DNA of 63,217 nucleotides, the filler included, from Choristocarpus tenellus KU-1152 (taxonomy: Eukaryota; Protista; Phaeophyceae): the NCBI GenBank assembly GCA_964200185.2. It is 12 parts of 12 records of this genome, joined end to end, with 100 filler letters (N's around TTAATTAATTAA, not from the genome) between each part and the next. Parts side by side here need not be neighbours in the genome. Positions count along the whole stretch, not along the records: positions 48,953 to 54,676 come from CAXNAD020009906.1; positions 54,777 to 60,105 come from CAXNAD020011136.1; positions 60,206 to 63,217 come from CAXNAD020022948.1; 9 more parts are not named here. The stretch is one strand, 5' to 3'. Numbering within the stretch: the first letter of the stretch is position 1; the number at the start of each line of letters is the position of its first letter. The position numbers and the translations under genes were made by a program. Below the pieces are notes generated by a model that saw only the letters and a program-made list of their open reading frames with translations, had not been told where the DNA came from and made no database searches. Shown piece after piece: positions 52,817-63,217 of the stretch.

Positions 52817-53679
52817 GGAAAAGAAGCAGAAGAGGAAAAAGAACCTATTGGGACAGTGTTGGCATTAGGGGGTGATGTGAGAGAGGCGCAAGAGGAGAAG
52901 GGTGATGGAGAGGGTATGAAGATGGCAGAAACAATCAAGGGAAACGACGTTGATCATGCCTCTATGGTGACTGAGACCCTACGGCGGGTTGGGGCAGGGC
53001 CAGCTAAGAGTTTTGATGATGGAAACAAAGGGATTGAGGAAACGAAGATGGTGACAGAAATCGAGATGGATTCCAGGCAGGGGGTGACAGCTGCAGGGCA
53101 GGGGAAGGTTGACGTGGAACTGGGGCTTAGTCCAGGACTGGTTCCGGGTCTACAAAAAGGACCTGCAGCAGAGTCAAAAGGACCTGCTGGGGGGGAAGGG
53201 GTTGGGGTGGATTTATTGACGTCTGAGGGGTCCCACTTGTCAGGTATGACGCTTGATATCATCCCCAGATTTTAATTAAATTTCATCTTGAGGTTTGGCA
53301 CCGAAAGAGTTTTTTTTTTTTTTCGTTTATGGTTTTGTTTTCATTGTGCATGACTCTCAGGTCGTAAGTATATTGCTGGAAAAAAAGAAAAGAAACGTAC
53401 ATACGTTGTCAAGAATAAGCATACATTAGGTTATTCGATAGGCTGCTGTATCTTGTTTAGCCGTGTTCGTTTTTCAATTGAATGTTGAGTCCCTGGTAGG
53501 AGGTGCTTGCATTTCACAACCAGCTTGATGCGTTGAATTTGACATCTTGTGTCTGCTGTTCAGGATTAGAAAATGTGACAGAATGGTCGACTGAGGAGAG
53601 CTGTATTGTGTGCTTTGGTGAATACGAGGTTGGCCAGAACCTCTGTCGCCTGCCCTGCAGGCATGTCTACCATGCACAG
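52817..53679 (+). CDS. RING-H2 zinc-finger protein (probable E3 ubiquitin ligase), two internal exons
   Basis: Exon 52817-53243 (low-complexity, G/E-rich) joins in phase 1 to exon 53564-53679, which encodes SCIVCFGEYEVGQNLCRLPCRHVYHAQ (first half of a C3H2C3 RING). The rest of the RING was not found in this contig. Confidence 0.8.
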
Positions 53680-54564
53680 GTGATATGAGTAGCCAAAATT
53701 TGATTGCATTGCAATGCAGGTTCATGTTTGCAGAGTATTGAGGATATGTGTGGTGGAAGAAGGGGATGACAAATGTGTCGCCATGCCACACACGGACACT
53801 GGTAGACGCAGACCCCAGTTATTTGCACAGTTTTTGACAGACACATGTGCATCTACGCAACAAACATGCTATGAACTTACACAAATAGTTCTTTAAGGAA
53901 TGGTGGTGTTGCTTACACAGTAATTGTCACTAATGCAGCTATTTACCTGTGCTGGGGATCTTAACTCTGGAGGAACTTTTGATGTTTAGATGTTTGCAAA
54001 AGTCAACTTTCTGGTAGAGCTGCCACTCCAGATACTAAGGAGGCTCATTGTCGATGACCTGTGCTGCAGGTTTCTGATGGGTGCTTTTTGTCGTTGATCA
54101 GTGCTGCTGGTGCTGTCAAAAGAGTAATCCCGTCTTACATTGACTATGTTTGCTTTGTGTAGCAGTGGTATGACTAGAGGTAGAGCATTTGTGTTTAGAA
54201 TAGTAGCATATATATATATATATTGTTTTATTTTGTTGTGCAGGTTCCATACAACACTGTAGAATCTGAATGTTTTTGTCACTGACTGTGAAGTCCTCCT
54301 GACACTTCGCATTTTGTCAGGGTTTGTAGCTCTTTGAACCACTGTGATTAATGTTGTTTTCCTGAGAAGACAATATCGATAGCAAGGTTCAGGAACAATT
54401 AGACACTGCTCTAGACATACATGTATACTCAAGAGGTATAGCAATCTCATCATTGGAAGGAGGCAGCTTTTAGACCAGGGGTGTATCGAATGAGTCTTCC
54501 GAGACCCTGCCCTATCCTTTGGCTATGGCTTGTTCCTATCATTTATGTGTAAGAAAAGATCTCC

Positions 54565-54610
<46 letters not shown>

Positions 54611-54776
54611 CCCCCCCCCGGAGCGCGGTGGGGTGCCCCCCGGCCGCCCTCGCCCATTGGTTTTCGTCTCCCCTCTNNNNNNNNNNNNNNNNNNNNNNNN
54701 NNNNNNNNNNNNNNNNNNNNTTAATTAATTAANNNNNNNNNNNNNNNNNNNNNNNNNNNNNNNNNNNNNNNNNNNN

Positions 54777-54848
54777 TACCAAGCTGTTCTTTGTCCTTCA
54801 TTAAAGCACCATCCAAAAGCCGCGGGTCCAGTGTGGGATAATTCAACA
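54777..54848 (+). mobile_element. LTR family B end, truncated by contig start
   Basis: AAGCTGTTCTTTGTCCTTCATTAAAGCACC...TTCAACA matches 57221-57283 and is an inverted copy of 55134-55200. Confidence 0.8.
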
Positions 54849-55133
54849 CCATGCTCCGTATGGCGGGGCTGGTATTTGGTGACGGTCCCTCGCATCCACT
54901 GATCGTCCATTTGAAAGTACGGTTCCCTGCCCTTGGCTCTTGAATAAAGTGCTACTTCTCCGTCCAAAACTGACACAACCCTCAATGATGGTTCGAGGAG
55001 GATGTATGTCCCGGTATCCTTCTCCTCCTCTCTAAGGTTCGCCTGTAGATTCATCCTCGCCCTGCGTTCGTTGGCACGCTGGGCTGCAGTCTTATCGCAA
55101 TCCCTTTTCTCCTTCTCCTGTAGTTGTTCAACC

Positions 55134-55513
55134 TGTTGAACTATCCCACACTGGACCCGCGGCTTTTATGGTGCTTTAATGAAGGACAAAGAACAGCTTG
55201 ATATGGATGAACAAAGTTGGTATTACAAGGGCCTTTGTGGTCTCGATTCCGCTGACTGAACATGTGGATGAGACTAGCCTAAACTACCATATTATTATTC
55301 TACAGTGTGGGGTTTGTAATCGTCAACACTAATTTACTATGAATCACTTATTTACATATCTTAAGTATAGGGAAGTGTATCTTGAACATGATACAACCAA
55401 TCAACACTTGAGTCAGTACATATAATATATAATATATCTGTCACTGGCTCTCTACCCTATCACATAATCCACCAGTGGTGTCTATAGTGTATCAGCAGCA
55501 CTATCTACGAACA
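55134..55513 (-). mobile_element. Solo LTR, family B (TSD CAACC/CGACC)
   Basis: TGTT...AACA termini. Removing it restores the minus-strand frame MTEGEIKEGVEQLQEKEKRD. Strand is relative only. Confidence 0.8.
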
Positions 55514-56278
55514 CGACCCCCTCCTTGATCTCGCCCTCTGTCATGAGTGACCTCAGCCCAGGTGGCAAGGAGGTCTCGCCATGCTAACCTTGGGAAGGCA
55601 CAGAGTAGATACATGCCCCGGCATCGTCCATGTCAACGTCGCGGACTTGCCCCCCGACGATAGCATCTCCACTCCCGCATAGGATGAAAGTGGTGCCTCG
55701 GCGGAACTTGGCATTGGATGTGTCTCCACGTCTGCATTGTCTTGAGAAGCGAACAGGGATCCCGCCGAGGGATTGCTGATTGGATTCCGCAGTGAATCTC
55801 TGGTATTGACCAGGGAGGATGGTGTAGGTATCATCGAGGTTATTACAACGAAGGTGTGTGAAGTCAGGGTCGAGGATAGCCTGAAGGTGGACGACATGGG
55901 GACCCGATTGAGCGTCCTGCAGATCAATCACGTTTTTTGTGTTGATAGGGCTGGGGTGGCGGGTTAGACCTTGAAGACTATCATGTGAGAGACAGAGTGC
56001 CTGTGGTAATATGAACCAAAAAGGAATATTAATAATGACAAACTTGAAGGGAAAAGATTCTACACAGAATAATACCATTTAGAATATAATATTGTAAAAT
56101 TCTCCATGTGATTTTTATGTTTCAAAATAATTGGACGCATTTTCGTTTGTATTTACAACAGAATAATATTTAGTACGAATCTCGGGTGCCTCACCCGATT
56201 CGCAAGTGAGAGGCGAACTGTCGGCACTCCATGAACGAAAGTGGCAGTCAACATCTCGTAGTCTTCGTTCACAAACAC

Positions 56279-58959
56279 TGTGCAAAATAGGACAATATTG
56301 AGGTTACCTTATTTTGTGGATGGGAGATGTAACTAATGAGATAGTACATCCGGATTATGAATGGGAATATGTATGGGTTTTTATTCTGCATTCAACTACT
56401 TTGACATAACCGTTAACTTATGTATGAGACATAAATGATAATGTAACAAGCAATGAGAAGACACCCCACAAAGGTCACTCTTCTAATTTCAACCATGTAA
56501 TCACGTTCAGCAATGAGGAACCGTGTGAGGCTTCACACCTTCTTCTCTTCACTACTGATATATAGCATTACCTCCCAAGGTAAATTGCACAGGTTATAGG
56601 CCTTAGCAGTATGGAGAAAAGGAGCAGGTGATGGGCCTCAACGACAAGAAGAAGTTGCCCAACTGGATCGGAGCACCAGCACGACCAGTGGAGACTTGGA
56701 CAACATGGAGATTATCTCTGGTACTTTATGCCAGCGAAAGGGTCTGTAAGACATTCTGCGGCGAAAATACGTCGTCCTGAACTCATGGAGACACTAATGG
56801 AACAGGAACAAACATCGCACTGAAATTACGAAAGAGGAATCAACGAAGGAGGCGCGGAGGACTAGATCTCGGTGCAGCTCAACGGAGGACGCGTGGAGGA
56901 CGAGATCTGTTCGTAGATAGTGCTGCTGATACACGTAGACACCACTGGTGGATAATATATTAGGATGGATAGCCAGTGACAGATATATATACTATGTACT
57001 GACTCATAGTGTTGGTTGATTTTTATATCATGTTCAAGATACACTTTCTATACTTAGGACAAGTAAATAAGTGATTCATAGTAAATTAGTGTGGACGATT
57101 ACAAACCCCACACTATAGAAATAATAATGGTAGTCTAGGCTTAGAGTCTTACCCACATAACTAGTCAGCGGAATCGAGACTGTAAGCCCTCTTATAATAT
57201 TAACTTTACTCATCTACATTAAGCTGTTCTCTGTCCTTCATTAAAGCACCAAAGCCGCGGATCTAGTGTCGAATACTTCAACAAGATCCCCGTGCAACTT
57301 ATCACAAGACTCGGTATAAGCTACAGGAATCTGAAACAGGCAATAGTATCATCATCGTCATACCAACAAAGTGGACCTGCACCTTTGGTAAAAATGGGAA
57401 GCTGGAGGCTAAGGAGACATGGGATATGGTACGATCGATAACGAGTAAGAACTGGAGGTCAAGGGGGTACTTTGGGCACCTGATATGCCATGCCGAATAT
57501 TGAGCACTGGGACCTTGTGACAAGATGACGGAGATTATCGAGGCAATGCAGCCGGAGCTGCAACCCTGAGCCTGAACCTGAGTCACAATAATCTGCCTAT
57601 GGACCTGGAGTCGTCGTCACAACACTTGTCCCTGTGGGGGGATACACATCGATTGGAGACCCCAAGACTCTAGCTTACAGAATGAGAAAAGCAATTGCTG
57701 TACCTGCCACTAGGGGAGCAGGACGTTAGCAGGAGCAGTAACTAAGCCTCCATCAGAAGAGAAAGGACGAGCTAACCGCGGGGAGCCTGGGATCACCCTA
57801 GCCGCTGGGACCATAAACTCGTGGAAGAGAACACAAAAGGTGAGGAGGAAGCGGCCAAGGTACGACTGGTCAACGTACGGACCATGGTACGACAGGATCC
57901 CCTACCAGAGACGAGATCAGGACCAATAGAAGATGTTTATACTGTGGACTGATCAAGTATATTGGTCCTTGTTCTTTCGAAGGAATGTGCTGCTAATATC
58001 TACTGCAGACCAACAAGAACCATCCTTTATATCAGAGGCACTCGCGGGGCCTGACATGCGAGAATGGCAAGCAGCAATGGAGAAGAAGGAGCAACAATGG
58101 ATGAAAGGAACATTCATAGAGGGAGAGGTTTTGACATGGGGAAGAAATCCTGTCAAGACTAAGTCTGAATTTAAGATAAAGCCAACAGCTGAGGGGGCCA
58201 TTGAACAGTTCAAGACCAAATTGGTGGCACAGGACTTCACTCAACAAGAGGATGTACAAAACATTCAATTATGATAGGCTTCAAGCCTGGGGGAGTAAGT
58301 GCTACGTCCAACAAGAGAAACTGCAGAAGGGAGGTGGTCCAAATTTTCACCCATATACTAAGCGAGGGATCATCATTGGACACGATTGTACATCACTGTC
58401 TCGATACATCTAAAGAAGCAGGTACAAGATTTCGTAGACACTGTGTCGACTAGATTGATTGACGTGTGTTAGAGTTGAAACAATCAGTGTTCTTTTACTG
58501 CGTTGACAGGATAAATGTGATGTGTGTGAGAGTTGAACCAATCTGTCTTCTTTTACTTCCACTCTCATGGGGGAGTGTGCAGTATAAGATGTTTTAGGTC
58601 TGAGAGTTCCAGCAACCCTTCATTGCCTGCACTCTCATGGGGGAGTTTGCAAAAAATGAGAATAGTGAGGTGTACCTTATTTTGTAGATGAGAGTGTAAC
58701 TAATGAGATAGTACATCCGGATTAAGAATGGGAATATGTATGGGTTCTTATTTTGCATTCAACTACTTTGACATAACCGTTGACTTATGTATGAGACACA
58801 AATAATAATAAACAAGTAATGAGAAGACACACCACAAAGGTCACTCTCCTAATTTCAACCATTTAATCACGTTCAGCAATGGGGAACCGTGTGAGGCTTC
58901 ACACCTTCTTCTCTTCACTACCTATATAAATAGCATTACCTCCCACGGTAAATTGCACA
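56279..58959 (+). mobile_element. Ty1/Copia element with both LTRs, internally deleted and rearranged (non-autonomous), 5-bp TSD AACAC
   Basis: LTRs at 56279-56591 and 58646-58959, PBS GGTTATAGGCC at 56592, PPT ATGGGGGAG at 58637-58645, and TSD at 56274-56278 and 58960-58964. Contains a gag remnant and the RT N-terminus EPSFISEALAGPD..EWQAAM...FKTKLVAQDFTQ. Confidence 0.92.
56908..57283 (+). mobile_element. Solo LTR of a second family (B), 5-bp TSD AGATC, nested in Copia gag
   Basis: TGTT...AACA termini with AGATC at 56903-56907 and 57284-57288; reverse-complement homolog of 55134-55513. Strand is relative only. Confidence 0.88.
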
Positions 58960-59502
58960 AACACCACTTCATCACCAGCACTGAACATCCCTCCGTAGCT
59001 GGAATAGTCCCTCGCGTTCCATTTCACAATCTCCTTCTCGTGTATAGTGAACGGCAGGAACTCCAACCCATTGTATTCTGATGACTCCGTTCGCACAATG
59101 CATACATTCTCCACTGCAAGTTGCCTCTTTTATCCTAGAGAGATGGCTCCAAAGGTACATGTCACCTACTTCGTCCTCGGGGGAAAATCCGAGGTAGATC
59201 TCCTTCAGTACAGGCACGTGAGTGCCCTGCCACTTGCAGCCCACGAGATTGCCAATTGAACAGCTGCTGCAGTAGCACGACACCTCGGAGTACATGACCT
59301 TGGATGAGTTACCGTTGGCACGAGGGCTGGTGAAGAACCTGTGCATGGACTTGGTGCCGCTGAACTGGGGGACGTGGTGATCATGTCGTCCCTTCCGATC
59401 GATCTTGTAAGCCGGGAGGTGAACGATCTCCTGTCTCCTGATGGTATCGTTCTGGAGTAATTTGGCGAACGTCTTGGTGTGTACTCTGCCGTTGGTGTTC
59501 AC
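58960..59502 (-). pseudogene. Sola2-like transposase C-terminal region, frameshifted; interrupted by the Copia element and continuing at ~56150-56278
   Basis: GTKSMHRF...SCYCSSC..G...GC resembles the Cys-rich C-terminus of Sola2 transposases. The frame reads GDEVVF|VNEDYEMLTATF across the removed LTR element. Confidence 0.55.
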
Positions 59503-60255
59503 CTAGTCCTAAGGGGTATGGTGTTTTCGTGTGGCAGAAGCTTAGGTGTACATACTCCTCACTGTGTTTAGTACGAGGATATCAATGTTGCGGAATGATC
59601 GAGCGCGAGAGAAAACAATGTTGAATATGGTGTAGTCGGATTGATTTTTTTTATGGTGATACTGATGTGTAGACGGTGATAGAAACTCGGCAACGACATA
59701 TCTTCGTTTGTGTGCTTCCAACGTTCAAGGTAGAAATTCATGTAGGGTTGGATGTTGGAATTAACGTGTTGATACTCCTCGTGTGGGGTGGTTTGTGGAG
59801 AAGTGCATATCAGTCAAATTGTTGTCATTTGTGTTTATGCCCTGATTGTAAAGGGGTTATAACAGTTAGTTGGTAGGGATTCGAGAGATTTTGTACTTAG
59901 GGAGAGTAGGGAGACGTACCAAGAAATGTCGATACTAGTTGGAGATTATAACGTATGTGGAATAAAAGGGAGGATGTGTCCAGTGTGTGGATGGGGGGGG
60001 GTATCGACCTTGGTGACGACAGTCTATCTGTTACAGGCGTCCCTCAATGCTCACCTTCCAGGATGTGCAACTCAAATCCAACAACCCCAAAACGATGCTA
60101 TGGGGNNNNNNNNNNNNNNNNNNNNNNNNNNNNNNNNNNNNNNNNNNNNTTAATTAATTAANNNNNNNNNNNNNNNNNNNNNNNNNNNNNNNNNNNNNNN
60201 NNNNNTGTACACCCTGGTGTAGCTCCCCCCCCCCCCCCCCCAGATACGTTTGGCC

Positions 60256-62042
60256 TTATGTCTCCAATGTATATGGGGACACCCGAAACCTTCTTTTCCC
60301 CCTGGATGAGGGAGGGATGAAGATCCTGCCATCGAGATCAGGGGCACAACAGGGAGACCCCCTTGGTCCCCTCTTATATTGCATGGCAACACATAAGGCG
60401 CTACAGCAAGTCCAACCTGCTTTTGGACCCCAAGGGATTTTCTCCTGGAGCTATCTGGACTACACATCCATATCTGCAAGGGTGATCGGCCCTAACACCA
60501 TACCTGCTTTCGAGCAGTTAATGGCTAACCTCTATGAGGTAGGCATTGACTTATATATGGACAAGACCTTTGCCGTACCTCCCCAGGGCCACCAACCCAC
60601 GCCCTCAGAACTGGAGCTTCTTTCTGCCGCAGGAATCAACCTAGCCCAGAACCCCAATGGCTTCGTGACATTGAGCGCTCCTGTGGGAACAGATGGCTTT
60701 ATCCAAGCCATATGGCTGAGGTGATCGAGAGCTCTGGGACACGAACTTTGGCCATACACCTCAGCGAGATGGGGGACAAACAGATGGCCTGGCTCCTCAA
60801 CTCCTGGTCCCTCTCCTCCCGCCCAGGCTATCTTGTGAGGGTCACTCCCCCCCTCCTGGCACGCTCCACCATGGAGCAAGCAGATAACACCTCGTTATGG
60901 ACACTAGAGAAGGGAATGGAGGTAGTAGACTCAACAGAGGGGACGGATTTCTTTGAGGGAGGGTATAACAATGGGTCTCTTTGCCTAGAGACCCGCCAAC
61001 AAGTACAGGCACAGATGCCCACAAGTGGGGGGGGTCTGGGCCTCTACTCTATGAAACACCGCCAACATGAGGCTTTTGTAGGATCACTGGTAGCTACTCT
61101 CCCCACCCTCCTAGCTAGGCAGAAAGGGTCTCATGGCGAGTCCTTCTCACAAGCCGTTTGCACGAGCCCCACATCCCGGACAAAATTAGCTGGTCTACCT
61201 AGTGAAGTGCACCAGGGGAAGGAGAGCTCCTCGTTAGCCCTAGCACGCCACTGGAGCCAGGGTGGACAAGGGGCAAACGCATGGGCCTCAACACAACCCC
61301 TAGAGTCAGTATGCCAGATCCCACCTCTAGAATTCAAGCTTACAGCCAGCAGACCCCTAGGGAGGGAAGAGGCCCTCTCAAACAGGTGCCCAGTGGCGGG
61401 GTGCAGGAGGCAAAATGTCGACACCAGACATGCCCGTACCCGCCCCAGGGCAGGAGGACAGGTTAGACAGCACACAACTATGTTGAAACGCCTAAGCCAA
61501 ATATGCAAGGGAATGGGTATCCTTTACACTACGGAGGACGGCAGCCCCTCACGGTAGACAGAAATGTCCGCATGGATCTAGTTTTCCATGCAGAGGCACT
61601 GGTGGACGCTGGAACAGCTCCCTACAGAGACGAAGGCTTTCTGCTAGATGCTACATTTGCAGAAGTGCAGGCAACCTCCCATCTTGCACACTCATCCACC
61701 AGCAATGGTATAGCTACTGCGGCAGCCGAGGCGCGAAAGCGCACCAACTATGAGGGCTCTTTTGATCCTCGTTGTTATAACCTCAACACCTTCGCGGTGG
61801 AAAGTTTTGGGCACCTCGGCAAGCAAGCGGAATGCTTCCTGGATGAGCTGGTTACACACATGGTGGGGGGGAGAGGAACTGGAGGATATAGCAGGAAAGG
61901 AGCGGTTAAATCCAGGCTACGCCAAATTGTCTCAGTAACTACTACACAGTTAGCACGATCTAGATGTGTCATGCTTTTTAAGCTGGAGTCACAGGGAGAC
62001 GGGCACGGAGGGTATTTTTGGATTCTTGGGATGCCTCCCTAG
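60256..62042 (+). mobile_element. Non-LTR retrotransposon with restriction-like endonuclease (CRE-clade-like), degenerate 3' half
   Basis: RT motifs SGAQQGDPLGPLLY and SYLDY (YLDD-like), LSAPVGT and GGLGL. A degenerate zinc-knuckle region HART.P..G.QVRQH is followed by RLE motifs RMDL...LLDATF...AEARKRTNY...FAVESFGHLG. Frameshifted. Confidence 0.85.
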
Positions 62043-62098
62043 CTCCCCACCCTGAGGCACAGGAATAGGTGGATTGGAGGCGCAGGAAGGCAGTACAA

Positions 62099-62355
62099 GA
62101 GTGAAAGTATCTTAGAGAGTACGAGTTTTGGCCTGTTTGTCCATTTGGGGCTTGGCTTCCCATGATTTTTTTTTTGACATTTTCCTACTCCAAAATGTTT
62201 AGGAGTAGGTAAAATGTATACACTATGAAAGGTGTGTCCGAAACATAGATATTGATACTTCCTAACAAATACGATAGCCAAATTACAACAAAATCGCAAC
62301 ATTGGATTTTGACCCCCAAATGGACGCGGCTCTACCCTCTAAGATACTTTGACTC
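62099..62355 (-). mobile_element. MITE family 1, 4-bp TSD ACAA
   Basis: GAGTGAAAGTATCTTAGAG...CTCTAAGATACTTTGACTC, flanked by ACAA at 62095-62098 and 62356-62359. Confidence 0.9.
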
Positions 62356-62479
62356 ACAACATAGATACTAGCGAAATAACAAAGAGTATCATGCTCCAGT
62401 CCATGTGCTCTACGACATTTGTTGTCTATCACGAGCTTGTGCTTGTGTGTTTGAAATCAGTGCAATGCTCAGCACCTTT

Positions 62480-63085
62480 TACTCTATAACTCATGTTGTT
62501 CACCAAAACTCTATTCCTCACAGCGCTTCTGATAATAGTTTGGTGGTTGAGGGATCTCTAGGAAGAGGGAAATCTTGGACAGGGAAGGGTTTGGGCTCAC
62601 AGCATTACGGTATGTGTAGTGAGGACCAAAGCTAAGACAATGAGTTCATCCAGGACGCCGTGGAGATGTTTGTGAAAGACCATCTGATACATCTGGCACC
62701 TGATGCCTCTGGCCTGGAACTACCCCTCTAGCACCTGATACCTCTGGTCTGGGAATACGGACAGACCCTAGAGGCCCTCCACATCTGGTCCGATGGCTGC
62801 AGGAGTCAATTCAAGAATAGATGGCAGATGAGGTGGGTTTCACAGTCTTTGGCGTGGATGGGAATTTCTGTAGAACACAACTTCTTTGCTTCTTGTCATG
62901 GCAAGTCCATGTCCGATGGACTCGGGGCTGTGGTGAAGTCCGCCGCTAGGAGGCTGGAGCTAGACGGGGTGCGCATGCCAGGAACCTCATCCCTTGTGGA
63001 GATAATCAAGGCAAACCAAAACACATCAGTACACCTAAAGGCACCCCACACCAGAGGAAGAGGGGCGCTACCGAAAAGGCCATAA
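62480..63085 (+). pseudogene. Sola2-like DDD transposase catalytic-core fragment
   Basis: HIWSDGCRSQFKN...HNFFASCHGKSMSDGLGAVVK matches the SDG..QYKN / FF..SHGK..DG.G..VK signature; in-frame stops upstream. Confidence 0.7.
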
Positions 63086-63217
63086 GGCTTCTCCAGGACA
63101 GACAATCGTGACCAAGGTAGGTGCCCTTCACGTGCACAGTCCCCCAACTCTCATGGTTTGCCTCTATTTGCCACTGGCGGCAGTCCCCCCCCGCCCCGCC
63201 CCCCCCCCGTCCCCCCC

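Noticed and set aside
54519-54728. Polyproline ORFs (also near 26900, 36740 and 41390)
   Set aside because: Translations of poly-C/G tracts at contig ends or in MITEs.

Overview
This is eukaryotic nuclear DNA, not one contiguous locus. Twelve short contigs are joined by eleven identical artificial 100-bp spacers (N44-TTAATTAATTAA-N44). The host genes are intron-rich with GT-AG introns, and one is a probable flagellar gene. The TE content and gene style suggest a stramenopile, possibly a brown alga, but that is inference. Host genes I could reconstruct by hand are: a complete 7-exon CCDC153/DRC12-like gene head-to-head with a 4-exon conserved hypothetical gene, a NIT1-type nitrilase with an uninterrupted catalytic domain, the 5' exons of SPATA20/YyaL, the last two exons of NDUFS7 (PSST), part of a RING-H2 gene, a membrane-anchored hypothetical gene and tRNA-Leu(CAA). 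Much of the remainder is nested transposable elements: Ty1/Copia elements and solo LTRs with 5-bp TSDs, a CRE-like RLE non-LTR element, Sola2-like transposase remnants, and two MITE families sharing CAAAGTATC/GATACTTTG termini. The most interesting object occurs twice, on different contigs (about 12.8-17.6 kb and 46.1-48.9 kb). It is an apparent DNA transposon in which a spliced ParB/Sulfiredoxin-like gene (LDGNHR motif) lies divergently from a Sola1/DUF7869-type transposase-like gene. Between them is an array of 200-270 bp repeats, most of which carry a palindromic hairpin. All family assignments come from motif recognition by eye; no database searches were run.
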